Of a DNA stretch of 64,000 nt, positions 13,342 through 27,100 are shown in pieces. The notes under the pieces are model-generated. The model ran no database searches, was not told the origin of the DNA, and saw nothing but the letters and a program-made list of their open reading frames with translations. The DNA comes from Isurus oxyrinchus (lineage: Eukaryota). Location: assembly GCA_026770705.1 (NCBI GenBank), contig JANJGN010000018.1:78306001-78370000 (forward strand), read 5' to 3'. Each line of letters opens with the position of its first letter. Position 1 is the first letter of the stretch. The position numbers were made by a program, and so were the translations under genes.

Positions 13342-14235
13342 GTACTGCTCTAAGAAATTGTCCTGAAAACACTCTATGAACTCATTTTCAGGGCTACCTT
13401 TGCCAATTTGATTTACCCAATCTACATGTAAGATTAAAGTAACCTATGATTATTGCTGTACCTTTCTTTTACACCCCATTTATTTCTTCCTGCAAGCTCT
13501 ATCCTATGGTGTAACCACTGTTAGGGACCCTATAAGCTACTTCCAGAAGTGACCTCTTACCTTCACTATTTTTTTTCTCTACCCAAACTGATTCTACATC
13601 TTGCTCTTTCAAGCTAAGGTTATCTTTCAGTACTGACCTTGTCATCTTTAAGTAACAGAACAATCCCACCCCTTTTCCAAGCCTCCTGTCTTTTTGAAAT
13701 GTCAAATATGCTTCAATATTCTGGTCCCAGCTTTGGTCCCCTTTCAGCTACATCTCTGTAATGCCAATCAGGTCATACAAATTTATTTCTATCTGTGCTA
13801 CTAATTCATCCTTTTTGTTACAAATGCTGTGTGAATTCAGATACAGGGCCATAAACACTTTTTTTTCACCAAGTTTGCAATCTCAGGCCTTATTTGCTGG
13901 TGCACTCTTAGATTGTGTGTTCTATCCCTTCCTGTCACACTAAGGTACTCATTACCCAAATTGCTGCCATGTTTATTGTTTCCCTTTACTTTACAATCTC
14001 TCTTCTCACATGATCCCTTCCCTCCACTATTTGGTTTAAAGCTCTCTCTACAACCCTAGTTATATGATTCACCAGAACAGTAGTCCCAGCCTGGTCCATG
14101 TGTAGACTGTCTCAATGGTACAGTTCCCACTTTTCCCAGTACTGGTACCAGTGCTCCATGAATTGAAACCCATTTCTCCTACACCAATCTTTGAGCCATG
14201 TATTCATCTCTCTCATCTTATTTACCTTATGCCAA
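13342..14235 (-). mobile_element. CR1 fragment (end of ORF1 + endonuclease start)
   Basis: ORFs with KDRRLGKGVG..ESVWVE..AYRVPNS and EMNTWLKDWCRRNGFQFMEHWYQYW. Confidence 0.85.
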
Positions 14236-15366
14236 CCAGCCCCCAACTCAACCTGACTCAGCTGTCTCTCCCACTTCCACCACCACCCCCTCTTGACCCA
14301 ACCAACTACGTCCCCTAACCCGACTCTCTGTCCCACCACCACTACCCCAACTGACCCAGCTACTCCCCTGACCTGAGCTGATTCTCTGCCCCACCGCCAA
14401 CCCCCCACAACCAAATCTGCCCCAACTCTCTCTCCCAGTACCACTTCTCAGCTCAACCGTTCACTCACACTCACCTATTTACTCACTCACTCACCCACTC
14501 ACTCATTCACCCACCTATGCATGCACTGATCTGATAGTTCATGTTGTTAGAATTTTTGGAATAGTGGTTAACATGGTTTTTTTTTGGATGCATTCAGAAT
14601 TTCCATGCAATCTATAACCAAAATGATTATCTCATTGTCAAATTATAACATTGGGAAATTCAGTTATACCATTTTTTAGCATGGAGAAATCAAATGGATT
14701 GAAATCACACTTGTACTGTTATTAGCAAATGCCTTTACACACTTGTGAAATTCCTTTGTCAGCAATTTTAACAATGGCATTATACATTTTCAAATGGCTG
14801 ATAACTCAAAAGCCATGTAATCTGCAAGCATATTAAATCCTCTTCTGCACTCTGGAAAAAAACAAGCATCAAAATCAATGATAGTTAACACATTAACATG
14901 CACTAGAATTTGAAATCACTTGAATAATTGCCGGTTGTTAATGATAAAACACTCCTAAATTACAGCATACTTTGCCAATTGAGATCTCACATGAATCAAG
15001 GCACTTGAATCTATATACTTGCTTGAAGTGATATTTTTGAATGCAGTTTACTACATTCTAATGAAGAGAATAAAACAAAGATATTCCGCAGTGAAGAGGA
15101 GAAGCTTTTATTAATTTACTGCAGATGATATTTTGCTGCCATCTTTGACTTACACAACATACAAACCATGAAGGGAGCACAAGAGCTTTCTACTGCTTGG
15201 ACACTGGTGAAAGCTTTTACTCATCTTTGGTCCAGAGAATAGAGAAAGAAAATATTGCCAGGTACTGACAATGGAGAACCGTCACCTTAAAATTGGATGT
15301 TGCCTTTTTAAAATCTTCACTCTAAATAGATGTGTGAAATGATAGGAGTAGATTAACATAAATGGT

Positions 15367-15506
15367 TCAGAGTTGTCCAGTGATATCTCTGAATTTGGTT
15401 CTCAATTTGTTGAGCTGAATTCTGCAACTTCAATCTTCTTTTCTGCTTCTTCTACCTCTTGTTGGAGGTTCAAGTGCTTGATCATGTTTGTATTGACCTG
15501 CTTTAC
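15367..15506 (-). pseudogene. MYH pseudo-exon, C-terminal rod exon
   Basis: Translates (one 1-nt deletion) to KQVNTNMIKHLNLQQEVEEAEKKIEVAE/QLNKLRTKFRDITGQL*. This matches the myosin tail consensus [40 protein letters not shown]. Confidence 0.85.
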
Positions 15507-15755
15507 TTATTAACAAAGAAAAACATTTACTTTCAATTTCAGAATTGTGCTCACTAAATTTGAGCAAGCACTTAGGATCCAAAGTCATGCCACGGGATTA
15601 TTGTGTACAATTTAATATACTTACCCAACATCCTTTACCTGCTTTTCTCATTTGAACTCATTTAAATAAATTTGTTAATCCTGCTAGGACACTAGAGGAA
15701 GGAATGTCCTGGAAATATTATGCATTTGCATGCTGATGTCCCAAGCTGTAATAAA

Positions 15756-18700
15756 GGGTGGAATCATCCCAGATTTGCACTTAGTGTGGTGGGGGGTGGA
15801 TAAAACAACGTTTTACCCACCGGCCACAGTGGCGGCTTTTCACGCTGTATTGTTCCAGTCTTGCCACATTAGTTATGCATTCCCAGGAAACACGCCATTC
15901 CCATGGTAGGCGGGCTGTCATTCGCCCGCCACACCATCACCTCGCCGCTTCATCATGCCAGGCACCATGTTTAAAGTGCAGCCGCGCACACACCTCTCAG
16001 CGCTTCCAGCTCACAATTCCTACAAAGAAGACATGGCCCCAAAAGGCAAGGTGACTGCAGCCCCCAGGATCAATGATGTGTCTCTTGAATGCATTTTGGA
16101 TGCAGTGGAGACTTGCCCTGATGTCCTCTACCCCCGCTGTGATTTGTTCCTGTGCTGACAGTGAGGTCGGCGGGACTCTACCAAGCGAGGATCCAGCAGT
16201 GCAACATCCATTAGATAAGTACGCTGTGTTTCACAGGCCACTACCATACACAAATTATCTCCCCTTGCTTCCACAGGTACATCTGGGAACCTGCAAATGG
16301 AGTCCGTGACCCAGGGCCTCCAATCAAGCCCCGAGGGAAGCTCAGAAGAGAAATCTGTTGAAAACCTCCCTAAAGACCCATCACGTGCTCACCCATGCCC
16401 TCCACCAGCGCAAAGACACACGACTCAGTGGGACATAGCTTTAGAGTAGCCTTGGGATTAAAATCTGGTGAGCACATCGCACTTTCTGATCCACAGCAGG
16501 CAGCAGCAGAGACTTCCCAGGTGTCTGGCACTCGAAGGACTGCTGGAGGCCAGAACGTTGCTGAGTCCTAGTCAGATGACGAGTCTCTGGACTCAGTCAT
16601 GTCACAGTTGTTGGAGCTGAAAAGGCAAGCTGGGGAACAACAGGAAGGGATGTCTGCTGCACTCCACAGATTGCAAGGCATGATGGAGGAGTCCGTCTGC
16701 CTTCAGGCTGAGGTGATTGCGCTGGCATGCCAAAACCCCGAGGTCAACACTGGTAGCATGGCAGCCGTCATGGAGACCTTAGTCCAGGATGTCACTCCTG
16801 CACTGCTGCGCAGGCTGAACTTTGTCGCCGACGACATAGTTGGCCTCCAACAGTCTGTACACAAGAGGAGTGTGGGGCAGCCTGATCTCACTCCAGCTAT
16901 CCCTTCTCCTCAAGGAGTCAGCCTGGGGCCCTTGGGCACCCATAGGGAGGAGGATCAGCAGGTGCACCCCCTGGGGCCATCCCATCCACCCAGGTGACTT
17001 TGGGAATGTCCAGTCCATTCGGATCCCCTCTTCCTTTGACCTCAGCAGCTCCAGCTCCACAGGTTGAGGAGGGTGCCATTGCCACACAGCAGGACCCCGA
17101 AAGCAGGCCAGGGCCCTCCAGGTCTCAACCTTTCAGAGGATGCCCACCAAGGTCATCATAGACAGGGTGTAGCAGTCAGCTGGCTGCCTCCACCTCCACT
17201 TGTCATTGCTGCCAGAATGTTATGCGCAGGCATCACAGAGTTCCGTCATTCTCTCTGTGTGCTCTCAGCTCCTTCAACGTGGGGCTGGCCCCCACCTCTT
17301 CAGCACCTGTGATCAATGACGCTGTGCTCCTGAAGGGGTCAGGTGCAGAAGGCAGACAAAGGATCAGATGCTTTTAAAGTTTCATGGCTGTGTCTCTATG
17401 ATATGACCCTGATCACAGAGTACACGTGAGCTGCCATTGGCCAGACAGGAGTCAGACATTCACGGAGGCCATGTGAAGATATTTGGAGTGTCCTTACTGC
17501 ATGTTGTCATCATCCTCCTGAAATTGAGCGACTATTAGGACCCCCACTGCATCTCCATGACAAGAGCATTATCACAGAGGGTATTCACGCTGCCATAACC
17601 AGACTGGAATGAAAAGTTCATCGACGCAATGGGAGAATCTTATGATGTCTCCTCACTGCATGTCGTCATCTTCCTCCACAAATCTAGCAACTATGAGGGC
17701 CTCCCGAGCATGCCTGCTCGTCTGGACAGTGCAAGGGTCTCATTCACGTCACCATCGCCTTCGAGGATCTCCTCACTCTCATCATCGTAGACACCCTCCT
17801 CATCAGAGGAGACCTCCAGCTTCTCCATCTCGTCCTCAGCCAGCTCCTCTCCCCATTGCAGCACCAATTTGTAAAGGGTGCAGCAGGCGATGACAATGCC
17901 TGACACCCTCTATGGATTATATTGCAGGGCTCCACCAGACCAATCCAGGCACCGGAATCTTATTTTCAGCATCCAGATGGTTTGCTCCACCAAGTTGCGA
18001 GTTGCAGCATGAGCCTCATTATACCTTCATTCTGCTGCAGTCTGATTCCGCTTCACGGGTGTCATCAGCCTCGTCCTCTGCGGGTAGCCCTTTTCCCTGA
18101 GGAGCCTAAACTGCAGCCTCTGTGGACCCTGGAAGGCATCAGGGATCTGTGACCAACTGAGAATGTAGAATTGTGCACACTCCCTAGAAACTGTAGGATG
18201 TGTTTCTGGTGGTCACACACCAACTGCACAATCAGAGAATGGAAGCCATTGTAGTTGATGTAGTAACCGTGCGTTGTGACAGAGATCTGAGCACCACATG
18301 AGTGCAATCGATGGCACCCCACACCTGTGGGAAACCTGAGATCTGGTCAAATCCAATCGCTCTTGCATCCTGGCTTTCCTGGTACCAGGTGAAATGCACA
18401 AAGTCGTTTGCTCTCACAAAGATGGCATCTGTGACCTCATGGATGCATTTGTTGGTGGAGGCTTGTGATATCCCACAGAGGACACCTGTGGAGCCCTGAA
18501 AGGAGCCACTGATGTAAAAATTGACCGTCACTGTCACTTTCACAGCCACTGGCTGTGGGTGTCTTCCATGTCCCCGCGGTGCCAAATCCTGCAGTAGCTG
18601 GCAGATATGAGCGACCAGTTCCCTAGACATGCGCAGTCTCCAGCAACACTGGTACCCGGTTATCTGCAGGAATGAAAAGCGTTGTCCATGGAGCCTGGGT

Positions 18701-19964
18701 CTAGCTAGGCACTGACAAACCACGGCTCGCTGTGGCTCTTCGGAGGTGTATGTGGGACCCCCAGCTGCCCCTTCTTCCAGGTGGTGCTGCTCTTCCCTCT
18801 GCACAACCAGGTGCCTCAGTCACTTACTTCTTCATTGTCTCTGCTCTCTGTAAGCCACGAGTATACAGTTAGTTCACCAGGCTCCATGATCCTGATGTAC
18901 TCCTCCTGCAGGATGAATGAGAGAGATGCGTGGGTTAGCTTGGGTGTACTAAGAACCTCTCTTCATTAAGTTTAAAGGCCCCTTAATGTATCCTGGAGAG
19001 TGCTGGTCACCACTTGGATGGCTGCCCAAAACCCCACCTTCCTCCTCCCCACTTCGCCTGACTGATTAGTGGCAGCTTTGCCCATTGGACTACATGCTGT
19101 GCTCTCAGCTCAGGCGCAAGCATTCTCCTAACACACACTGGAAGGCTGCCCTGTTAGCTTGAACCATTGGGGAGACTGATCCAAGCCGGGATGATGACAT
19201 TGGAAGGGGCTGTGAGCACCTCCACTAGTGACTGCTCCAAGGCAGCTTTAGCAAGGTGATTGTACAATGTGCCCAGTTGTCCAATTGTTCTGCAGTCCAT
19301 TAAATTGCTCATTAGTTTGCAGCCTGTGCCCGAGGGGTGAAAAGCTCTGGAGCACTTGGTGGCACTTTGATACATCTGCGTTGCTCGAGTGGGCAGATAA
19401 GCTAGAGACCCAACTCCAATCATATCAATGTGGCTGCACCTGAAATGTCTCAACTGCAGGGGAATTTCATGTTATACAAGGTTTCCCTAATGCGTGGCCA
19501 CTTGCCTCACTCAGCCCCACACCCTGCACATGCTTGTGTGCGACCTTCAACTGCAGGGCAGCTTCCACCACCACCCCCCCAGAAAGTCGCCCCAACCTTC
19601 AAGTCCAGCAGGCATCCTTTGCTAATGCTCCGCAACTGTGTATTCACCTCTGAGTTCCCCTCAAAGTGCAGCCCGCCAAGTGCACGCCTTTTATATGCTG
19701 TTGTGAAATGCGTAATCGGGGTGGACGATCCAGCGGTGGGGGAAATGAATCTGGCAGTCTAGCCTTATAATGATATGCAGATTTATTACAATAAGGTTCC
19801 CGACATCCGACAGGCAGGAAACACAGCCCACCATCAATGGGCTGAACGGATGATCGCAAACTGGTTTCACAGCATCGTTAAACTGGTTTTTGGCCTTCTT
19901 GCCAAATTGCCCACTCATGCCAACTGAACAAGCCTGATGCCAGTGGGCAGGGACAATTCTGCCC
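15756..19964. mobile_element. Full-length PIF/Harbinger DNA transposon (Myb/SANT gene +, DDE transposase -), decayed
   Basis: TIRs GGGTGGAATCATCCC / revcomp GGGCAGAATTGTCCC, 3-bp TSD AAA. Plus-strand MAPKGK..APRIND..LECILDAVE..DVLYP from 16033. Minus-strand HARBI1-like transposase. Confidence 0.9.
17670..18890 (-). pseudogene. Harbinger (HARBI1-like) transposase, frameshifted
   Basis: ORF 18232..18804 has RLRMSRELV, SGSFQ..GISQ, SGFPQVWGAIDCTHV. Downstream pieces YINYNGFHSLIVQLVCDH and IVIACCTLYKL. Confidence 0.9.
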
Positions 19965-20080
19965 AAAGTTTTCAGATTTAATGCAAGTGAATCTTTAATT
20001 TTACACTTCTGACAGGAAGTCTTGCTCATTGGAATGCGTGCTCAGAGTTTAGTTATGCACTGCCATATTTCTAAATATTT

Positions 20081-21430
20081 AGAACATAGAACATAAGAAA
20101 TAGGAACAGGAGTAGACCATTTGGCCCCTCAAGCCTGATCCGCCATTCAATAAGATCATGGCTGATCTTTTTGTGTTTCGATTTCCACATTCCCATTTAA
20201 CCCCGATAACCTTTGATTCCCTTGCCGAAAAAGAATCTATCTACCTCTGCCTTAAAATTATTCAATGACCCCACCTTCACTGCCTTCTGAGGAAGAGAAT
20301 TCCAAAGTCGCACAATCCTCTGACAGAAAAAATTTCTCTTTGTCTCTGTTCTAAAAGGGCGAACCCTAATTTTGTAACAGTGCCTCCTAGTTCTGGACTC
20401 ACTCACAAGAGGAAACATCCTTTCAATGTCCACCTTGTCAAGGTCGTTCAGGATCTTGTATACTTCAATCAAGTCACCCCTCACTCTTCTAAACGTCAGT
20501 AGAAACAAGCCCAGTCTGTCCAACCTTTCCTCATAGGACAAGCCACTCATTCCAGGTAGCAATCTAGTAAACCTCCTCTGAACCATCCCCAATGCATTTA
20601 CATCCTTCCTTAAATAAGGAGACCAAAACTGCACACACAGTATTCGAAGTGCAGTCTCACCAATGCACTGTATAATTGAAGCATAACGGACATTTCAAGT
20701 CCGTATGGCTCTTCTTCAGGGGTTCTGAGTTGCAGACTCAGAAGAAGGGTCATACAGACTTGAAACATCAACTCTGTTTCTCCATCCACAGATGCTGTCA
20801 GACCTGCTGATTTTTTTCCAGCATTTCTGTTTTTGTTTCAGATTTCCAGCATCTGTACTATTTTGCTGTTGTCCTTACTGTTATGTTCATTCCCTCTTGT
20901 AATAAAGGATAGCATTCCATTAGCCTTCTTAATTACTTGCTGTACCTGCACACTAACTTTTTGTGACGCATGTACTAGAACATCTAGATCCCTCTGCACC
21001 TCAGAATTATGCAGCTGTTCTCCACTTAAGTAATACTCTGCTTTTTTGTTCTTCCTGCCAAAGTGAACAACTTCACATTTTCCTACATTAAACTCCATTT
21101 GCCAGATCTTTGCCCACTCACTCAACCTATCTATATCCATCTGCAACTTCCTCACGTCCTCTTCACAACATACTTTCCTACCTATCTTTGTGTCATCTGA
21201 AAATTTAGGTACTATGTCTTCGCTGCCCTCATCCAATTTATTGATGTAAGCCATAAAAAGTTGAGGCCCTAGCATAGACTGCTGTGGAACGCCACTTGTC
21301 ACATCTTGGCTATCCAAAAAACACCCAATTATGCATACTCTCTGCTTTCTGCCAGCCAGCCAATCTTCTATCCATGCTAATATATTACCCCTACACCATG
21401 TGCTTTTGTTTTCCGTAATAACTTTTGATA
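20081..21430 (-). mobile_element. CR1 3' fragment (RT + tail), interrupted by a Penelope terminus
   Basis: agaacataagaacataagaaatagg tail. ORFs SGVPQQSMLGPQLF..KFSDDTK and QFWSPYLRKD..QRRFTR. Confidence 0.9.
20688..20868. mobile_element. Terminus of a second, older Penelope-like family with inverted hammerhead motif
   Basis: Plus cagaagaagggtcatacagacttgaaacatcaac and inverted ctgaagaagagccatacggacttgaaatgtc, followed by gatgctgtcagacctgctga...ttccagcatctg. Splits CR1 at gcataac|gtccttac. Confidence 0.75.
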
Positions 21431-22792
21431 ACCTTTCTAATTAGTTGTCAGAAAACAGTGCACAGAACCTTCCAGAAATTCCAATACGTTTTCCTGTTGA
21501 GAAGATTTGCTAATCTATATTCCAGATTGTATAAGGCATTGGCGCCCACTAGCTAGAATCTGCCTTCAGTGTGTGAAGTATCTGAATTCTCTGTGTAACA
21601 TACCATTTATTGATTATTACTGTTCCACTACTAATCCATCTAAATGCCAAATCTGTTAAAGTGCATTGAAAGAGAAAATTAAAGCAACTCGAAGGGTGAA
21701 CAAGACAGAGTGAGAGGGTGGTAGGTGGTTAAACAGCTGCAACTTTTAAATTTTCTCTCCCTCCCCAATAAAAACAGAATAGTTTCTTCTACTGGCTCAT
21801 TGCTCATTGCTCAAAACTTCGTTGCAAATAGGGGTCTGCATATAAATCAGGGACCAGGATCAAAAACTGAGATTCAATTCACACATCCTTCACTGTGCCC
21901 ACTGTGATACCTTCCTTTGGCACTTAATCATCTTAACATCTTCTTTTCCAGCACCTCAATCACCCTGAACCAATCCATTCAGGTCTTTTATTCCCTCCCT
22001 CACCTGCTGTGAATCACCTGCCTGGCTACCAGCCAACCTCTAACTCTGCCTTGTTCTTCAAAATGCCTGAGCTCACTCCAATAAGTCTTTACCAATCTTG
22101 ACTTCATCTCAGAAGAAACCCTTGACATCCTGCACCTGAAAGAAACCTAGCTCACAAATGGTAACTCATTACCCTCATCAGCACTCAGAGTACAGCTTCA
22201 GAAGCACAGGAGGTGAAAATTTATCTTTATTTACGATTAACTCATTTTAACCTTAAAATTAAACTGATCTAAATCAAATTTCTTTCCAACATCTCATAAT
22301 GCGGAAACACCATTAATCTCCACAATGCAGGAGAATGCAGATTTAATATTAAAATCAGTTGGATCCCTTAGACTAATTTCTGTTTCAAGACTGGCTGTGT
22401 ACATGGGGATACAGATAGCTGCTAATGCTGACAATGTGTGGATATAAGGGCCCAGATCGTCCCAGCAGGGGCAATTTTCATCAGATTGCGCTGTGTTTGA
22501 AAATTCCCACAATTCAGCGTTGCTGAGCATTTCTCCCAGGGTCTTTCGAGCCCAGCTTTCACAGAAATGTGCAGCGCAAGGTCCATTGGGGAACACAGTT
22601 GGAATGGGGTAGTCAGGGGAATACAGGACACGCCCCCTTTATCCAGCACTAGCTGCCATATGGTAAGTTTAAACGTTTAAACAATTTGAATGTTAGTGAA
22701 TGGATGTTAGTGACTGGGTGAGTGGAGGAATGGGTGATTGAGTGAATAGGTAAGTGGGTGAGGGGTTAAGTGGGTAAGGGGTAGGTGTGTGA

Positions 22793-23151
22793 TAAAAACA
22801 AAAAAACTGCGGATGCTGGAAATCCAAAACAAAAACAGAATTACCTGGAAAAACTCAGCAGGTCTGGCAGCATCGGCGGAGAAGAAAAGAGTTGACGTTT
22901 CGAGTCCTCATGACCCTTGGACAGAACTTGAGTTCGAGTCCAAGAAAGAGTTGAAATATAAGCTGGTTTAAGGTGTGTGTGTGGGGGGCAGAGAGATAGA
23001 GAGAGAGAGAGGTTGGGGGGGGTGGGGGTGTGTGGTTGTGTGGACAAACAAGCAGTAATAGCACTGAGAAAGGAGATATGGCTGTGAAAGCGGGTTTTAG
23101 TAAACACCTTGTACAATAGAACACATAGGTGTTAAAGTTAAAGTTGGTGAT
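22793..23151 (-). mobile_element. Penelope-like element terminal (pLTR) fragment
   Basis: Near-identical to 40274-40600 and to the reverse complement of 32995-33310. Confidence 0.9.
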
Positions 23152-24144
23152 AGTTGGGTCAGCAAGGGTAGTCGAGTTGGTTTGGGGGTGGATAGTCAAG
23201 TAAGGTCGGGCCAAGGGTTTGGTAGTCAAGTCAGAGGATAGTCAGGTTAAGGGAGTGATTTAGTGGGGGCTGAGGGGTGTCAGTTGTATAGTTACCCAGG
23301 TCTTAGACTATTTTCTAAACTGTTTAACATTTCGTGGGAACTACCCAAGTAAGTAATGTGGAACTGCCTGAATTCTCTGACTCTGACTCAGGGTCGGAGA
23401 CATTCGTGGAGGGTCCCAGGGAGCAAGGGAATTGCCCATCGGAAGTTGAAACTTCCCAGGCAATTCCCATGGAGATCTGTGCATCAGGACTTCCACAGGA
23501 TCCCAATACACATCTTCAGTCATACGTCAGGTCTCCAACAATTCACAGACCGGAAGATTTAGCCCGGGGTTTTAGTAGAAATCAAATGTAGATAGAACGT
23601 ATTTCTTAGTTGGCTCCTTACACTGGGTAAATAGACCGCCTAGTCTAACCTAATAGAGACAGATACAATGAGGCATTCAAAAGAAATTGGATAGGCACTT
23701 GAAGAGAACAAATTGCAGGACTATGGGGAAAGGACAGGGATTGGAACTAGATGAGTTGCTCTTGCAGAGAGCCAACATAGGTATGACAGACTGAGTGGCT
23801 TCCTTCTATGCTGTAACCATTCTATGAATCTATGGTGTGACTTGGAATCATAATTTGGCACAGGAAGAGGCCATTCAGTTTAGGCTAGCTCTCTGAAAGA
23901 GCTATCCAACAGTCCCTTTCCCCTGCCCTTTTCCCAGATCCATAGTGATTTTTATTTTTCAAATATATATCCAGTTGCCTTTTAAAAGTTATTCAGCTTA
24001 AGGTTTTGAAGGATATAGAGTATGGTTCTTTATGCATGACTTCTTCAGAATTAGCCATCTAAGAGAGGATTAAGAATTAGAAGTTATTTTGGTGATGCAC
24101 CAATATACATGCACAATGGATGGATTATAAAAATATTTTTAAAA

Positions 24145-27100
24145 AATGGAATATGAGAATAAACTAGCCAGAAATATAAAAACAGATTGTAAGAGCTTTT
24201 ATAAGGATATAAAATGGAAGGGAGAAGCTAAAGTAAACGTTGGTCCCTTAGAAGCAGAGACAGGAGAAATGATCGTGGGGAATGAGGAAATGGCAGAGGC
24301 ATTGAACAAATGTTTTGTGTCTTCACAGTAGAAAATGCTAGTTCCACACCAAAATAGACAATAACCTAGGGGCTAAAAAGAGTGAGGAAATGAAGAAAAT
24401 TAATATCCGCAGAGATAAAGCATTGGAGAAACTTATGGGACTAAAATCCAACAAACCCTACGCCTCAGGATACTAAAAGAGATAACTGCAGAGATAGTGA
24501 ATATGCTAGCTATGATTTTCCAAAATTCCTTAGATTCACAAATGATACCACTAGATTGAAAGTTGGCAAATGTTACGTCACTTTTCAAGAAAGGAGGGAG
24601 AGAGAAAGCAGTGAGCTACAGGCTAGTTAGCCTACCCTCAGTTGTTGGGAAAATGCTGGAGTCTATTATTAAGGAAGTCTTAACAATGCATTTAGAAAAG
24701 CATAATAAGATCAGAACAAATCAACATGGTTTTACTAAAAGGAAATTCTGTTTGACAAATTGTTGGATCCTGGTTACCAGTTTGTTGGGTCCTATGGATT
24801 CAGGTTGCATGCTTGTTTTGAGATGGCCAAGGTGGTACAATAGACAGAGTTGACCAGCAGACAATTCTTAGGTGGTATTTATTTACAAAGGTTATTCAGC
24901 AGCTACACTTATGTGCTTTCAACTCAAAACTTGTCTCCATACTTCTCCTTACTAACTCAGGCTACTGACTACAGAGGTAGCCCGCACTACTCCTCTACTG
25001 GTTACATAAGATTGTGTAATCTTCCTTTATAGCATCCTTCTTAAAGGTATACTACATAGAACCATAATTACCAAATCCCTCCTCCTTTACTTAGAAACAT
25101 ATTTTATGTTTATAAGTACAATTTTCTCCAAATAGCAAATCACTTACACAGATAAGTAATTTACAAAGTCAGTCTTTCTGGGGGTTTCCTTATGCGTGCA
25201 GAAAATCTCAGCTCTACAACTTCAGATGTTTTGTCAGGAACCTCCTTTCCTGGAGTTGTCTGAACATCAGGTGGGTACCTGCAAATCTGCTTCTTCAACT
25301 CTTCCGTATACAGCAGACACATCTGACACATCTGGACTAGGTTGAGTTCTCTTAGCAGGAAACGTTGACTCGGTCATGAACAGTGGTAGAATAATTTCTT
25401 GGGGATTTGTTTCTTTCTTCCTTAGATGATCCACATGTCTCCATATGATTCAGCCTTCCACCTTCACGTGGTAAGATAGAGGTCCAGTCACTGCACTTAT
25501 TTCACCCGGTGTCCACTTTGGTCCTTCTCCAAAGTTCTTCACATTAACTGTCTCTCCCACAGCAAACTTCCTGTCATGACTATGCCAGTTGTGTCTAGTT
25601 TTCTGATTTCCCTAACTCCTTTCCACCTTCCACTCTAAATTCAGCATTATTAAGCTCAATCTTGTCCTGAGGCGGCATTTCATTAATAATTCCGCAGGTG
25701 TGATACCTGTTGTTGTATGAGGGGTTGTCCTATAGTGTAAAAGAAAGCAAGCTAGCATGATTGCTATGGAATCTCAAGTTAATTTCTTCATGCCAGCTTT
25801 GAATTTTTGAACCACCCTATTGGCCAGTCCATTTGAGGAAGGGTGGCAGGTGACGTTTTTACATAAGTGATACCGTTGAGGCTGATAAATTGCTGAAATT
25901 CAGAACTCATAAATGTCATGCCATTATCAAAAATGACCACTTCTGGTAGTCCATGAAAGGCAAAACTTTGACATAGCTTCTCAATTGTAGCAGAAGACTT
26001 TGGTGACTTCACCTCATATGTATCCATCCATTTTTAGTGGGCATCAACAATAAGCAGAAAACTGTTCCCATGAAAGTTCCCACATAGTCAATGTGTAATT
26101 GTACCCATGCCCTTCCTGGCCACTCCCAAGGGTGTAACAGAGCTGTTGAAGGTAACTTTTGCAATTGCTGACACTGCACACAATTCTTCACTAAGCTCCC
26201 TATTTCTCCATCCATCCTAGGCCACCATAGATAGCTGCGTGCTATGGTCTTCATTCAGGAAATTCCTGGTTGGGCACTATGTAGTTCAATCAACAATGGC
26301 TTTCTTCCTTTTGAAGGAACAATCGCTCATGCTCCCCACAATAAGTTACCATCCTGACTGGTTATTTCATATGTTCTGTTAAAGTGCGGTTTCATTTCAT
26401 CAGATACAGGCTCTTGTGATCAACCATGAAGCACTTGTTCACATACTTTAGATAAGACTGGGTCTCGACTTGTGCAGTCTATGATCTGTCTAGCACATAC
26501 CAGAGATGAATCTAAGAAATTCAACAACAAAACTAGTTCTTGTGGAACTGGGACATCCTCATCTTTTCCTCATAAGGGCAAATGACTCAATTCATCAGCG
26601 TTTGCAATTTGATTTCCAGGGCTATGGATGAAAGTATACTTGTATGCTGCCAGGATCAATGCCCATTGTTGTATTCTTGCTGAGGCTACGGGTGGTATAG
26701 CCTTGTCCTCGCTGAACAATCCCAGCAATGGCTTGTGGTCTGAAACGATAGTAAAATGACAGCCATGTACATACTGGTGAAATTTCTTGATACCAAAGAT
26801 GACTGACAGGCCCTCTTTTTCTATCTATGGGAATTCCTTTTACTCTGTGGTGAGCATTCTTGACACATACCCTATAGGCTGTTCCATGCCATCGTCCATC
26901 CAATGGGAGAGCACAGCTCTCACTCCATAGGGGATGTGTCACATGCCAACATCAGTTCTTTCCTCTGGTCATAGTGTTGGGCGAATGCAACAATTTTTTA
27001 CCCTTTATGAAAGCTTCTTTCTATGGTGTATCCCAAGAGCAACACTGGCTCTTCTTGAATAGATAATGCAGGGGGGCCAGTTCTGTAGACAAATTGGGAA

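Noticed and set aside
17670-18890. Domesticated HARBI1 host gene
   Set aside because: Frameshifted, lies within TIRs/TSD, and has a second decayed copy in the window, so it is a transposon.
22468-23566. Possible Harbinger-type MITE (ggggcaattttc ... gaagatttagcccc) hosting the 22793 Penelope
   Set aside because: TIR match is imperfect and there is no convincing TSD, so it is left unannotated.
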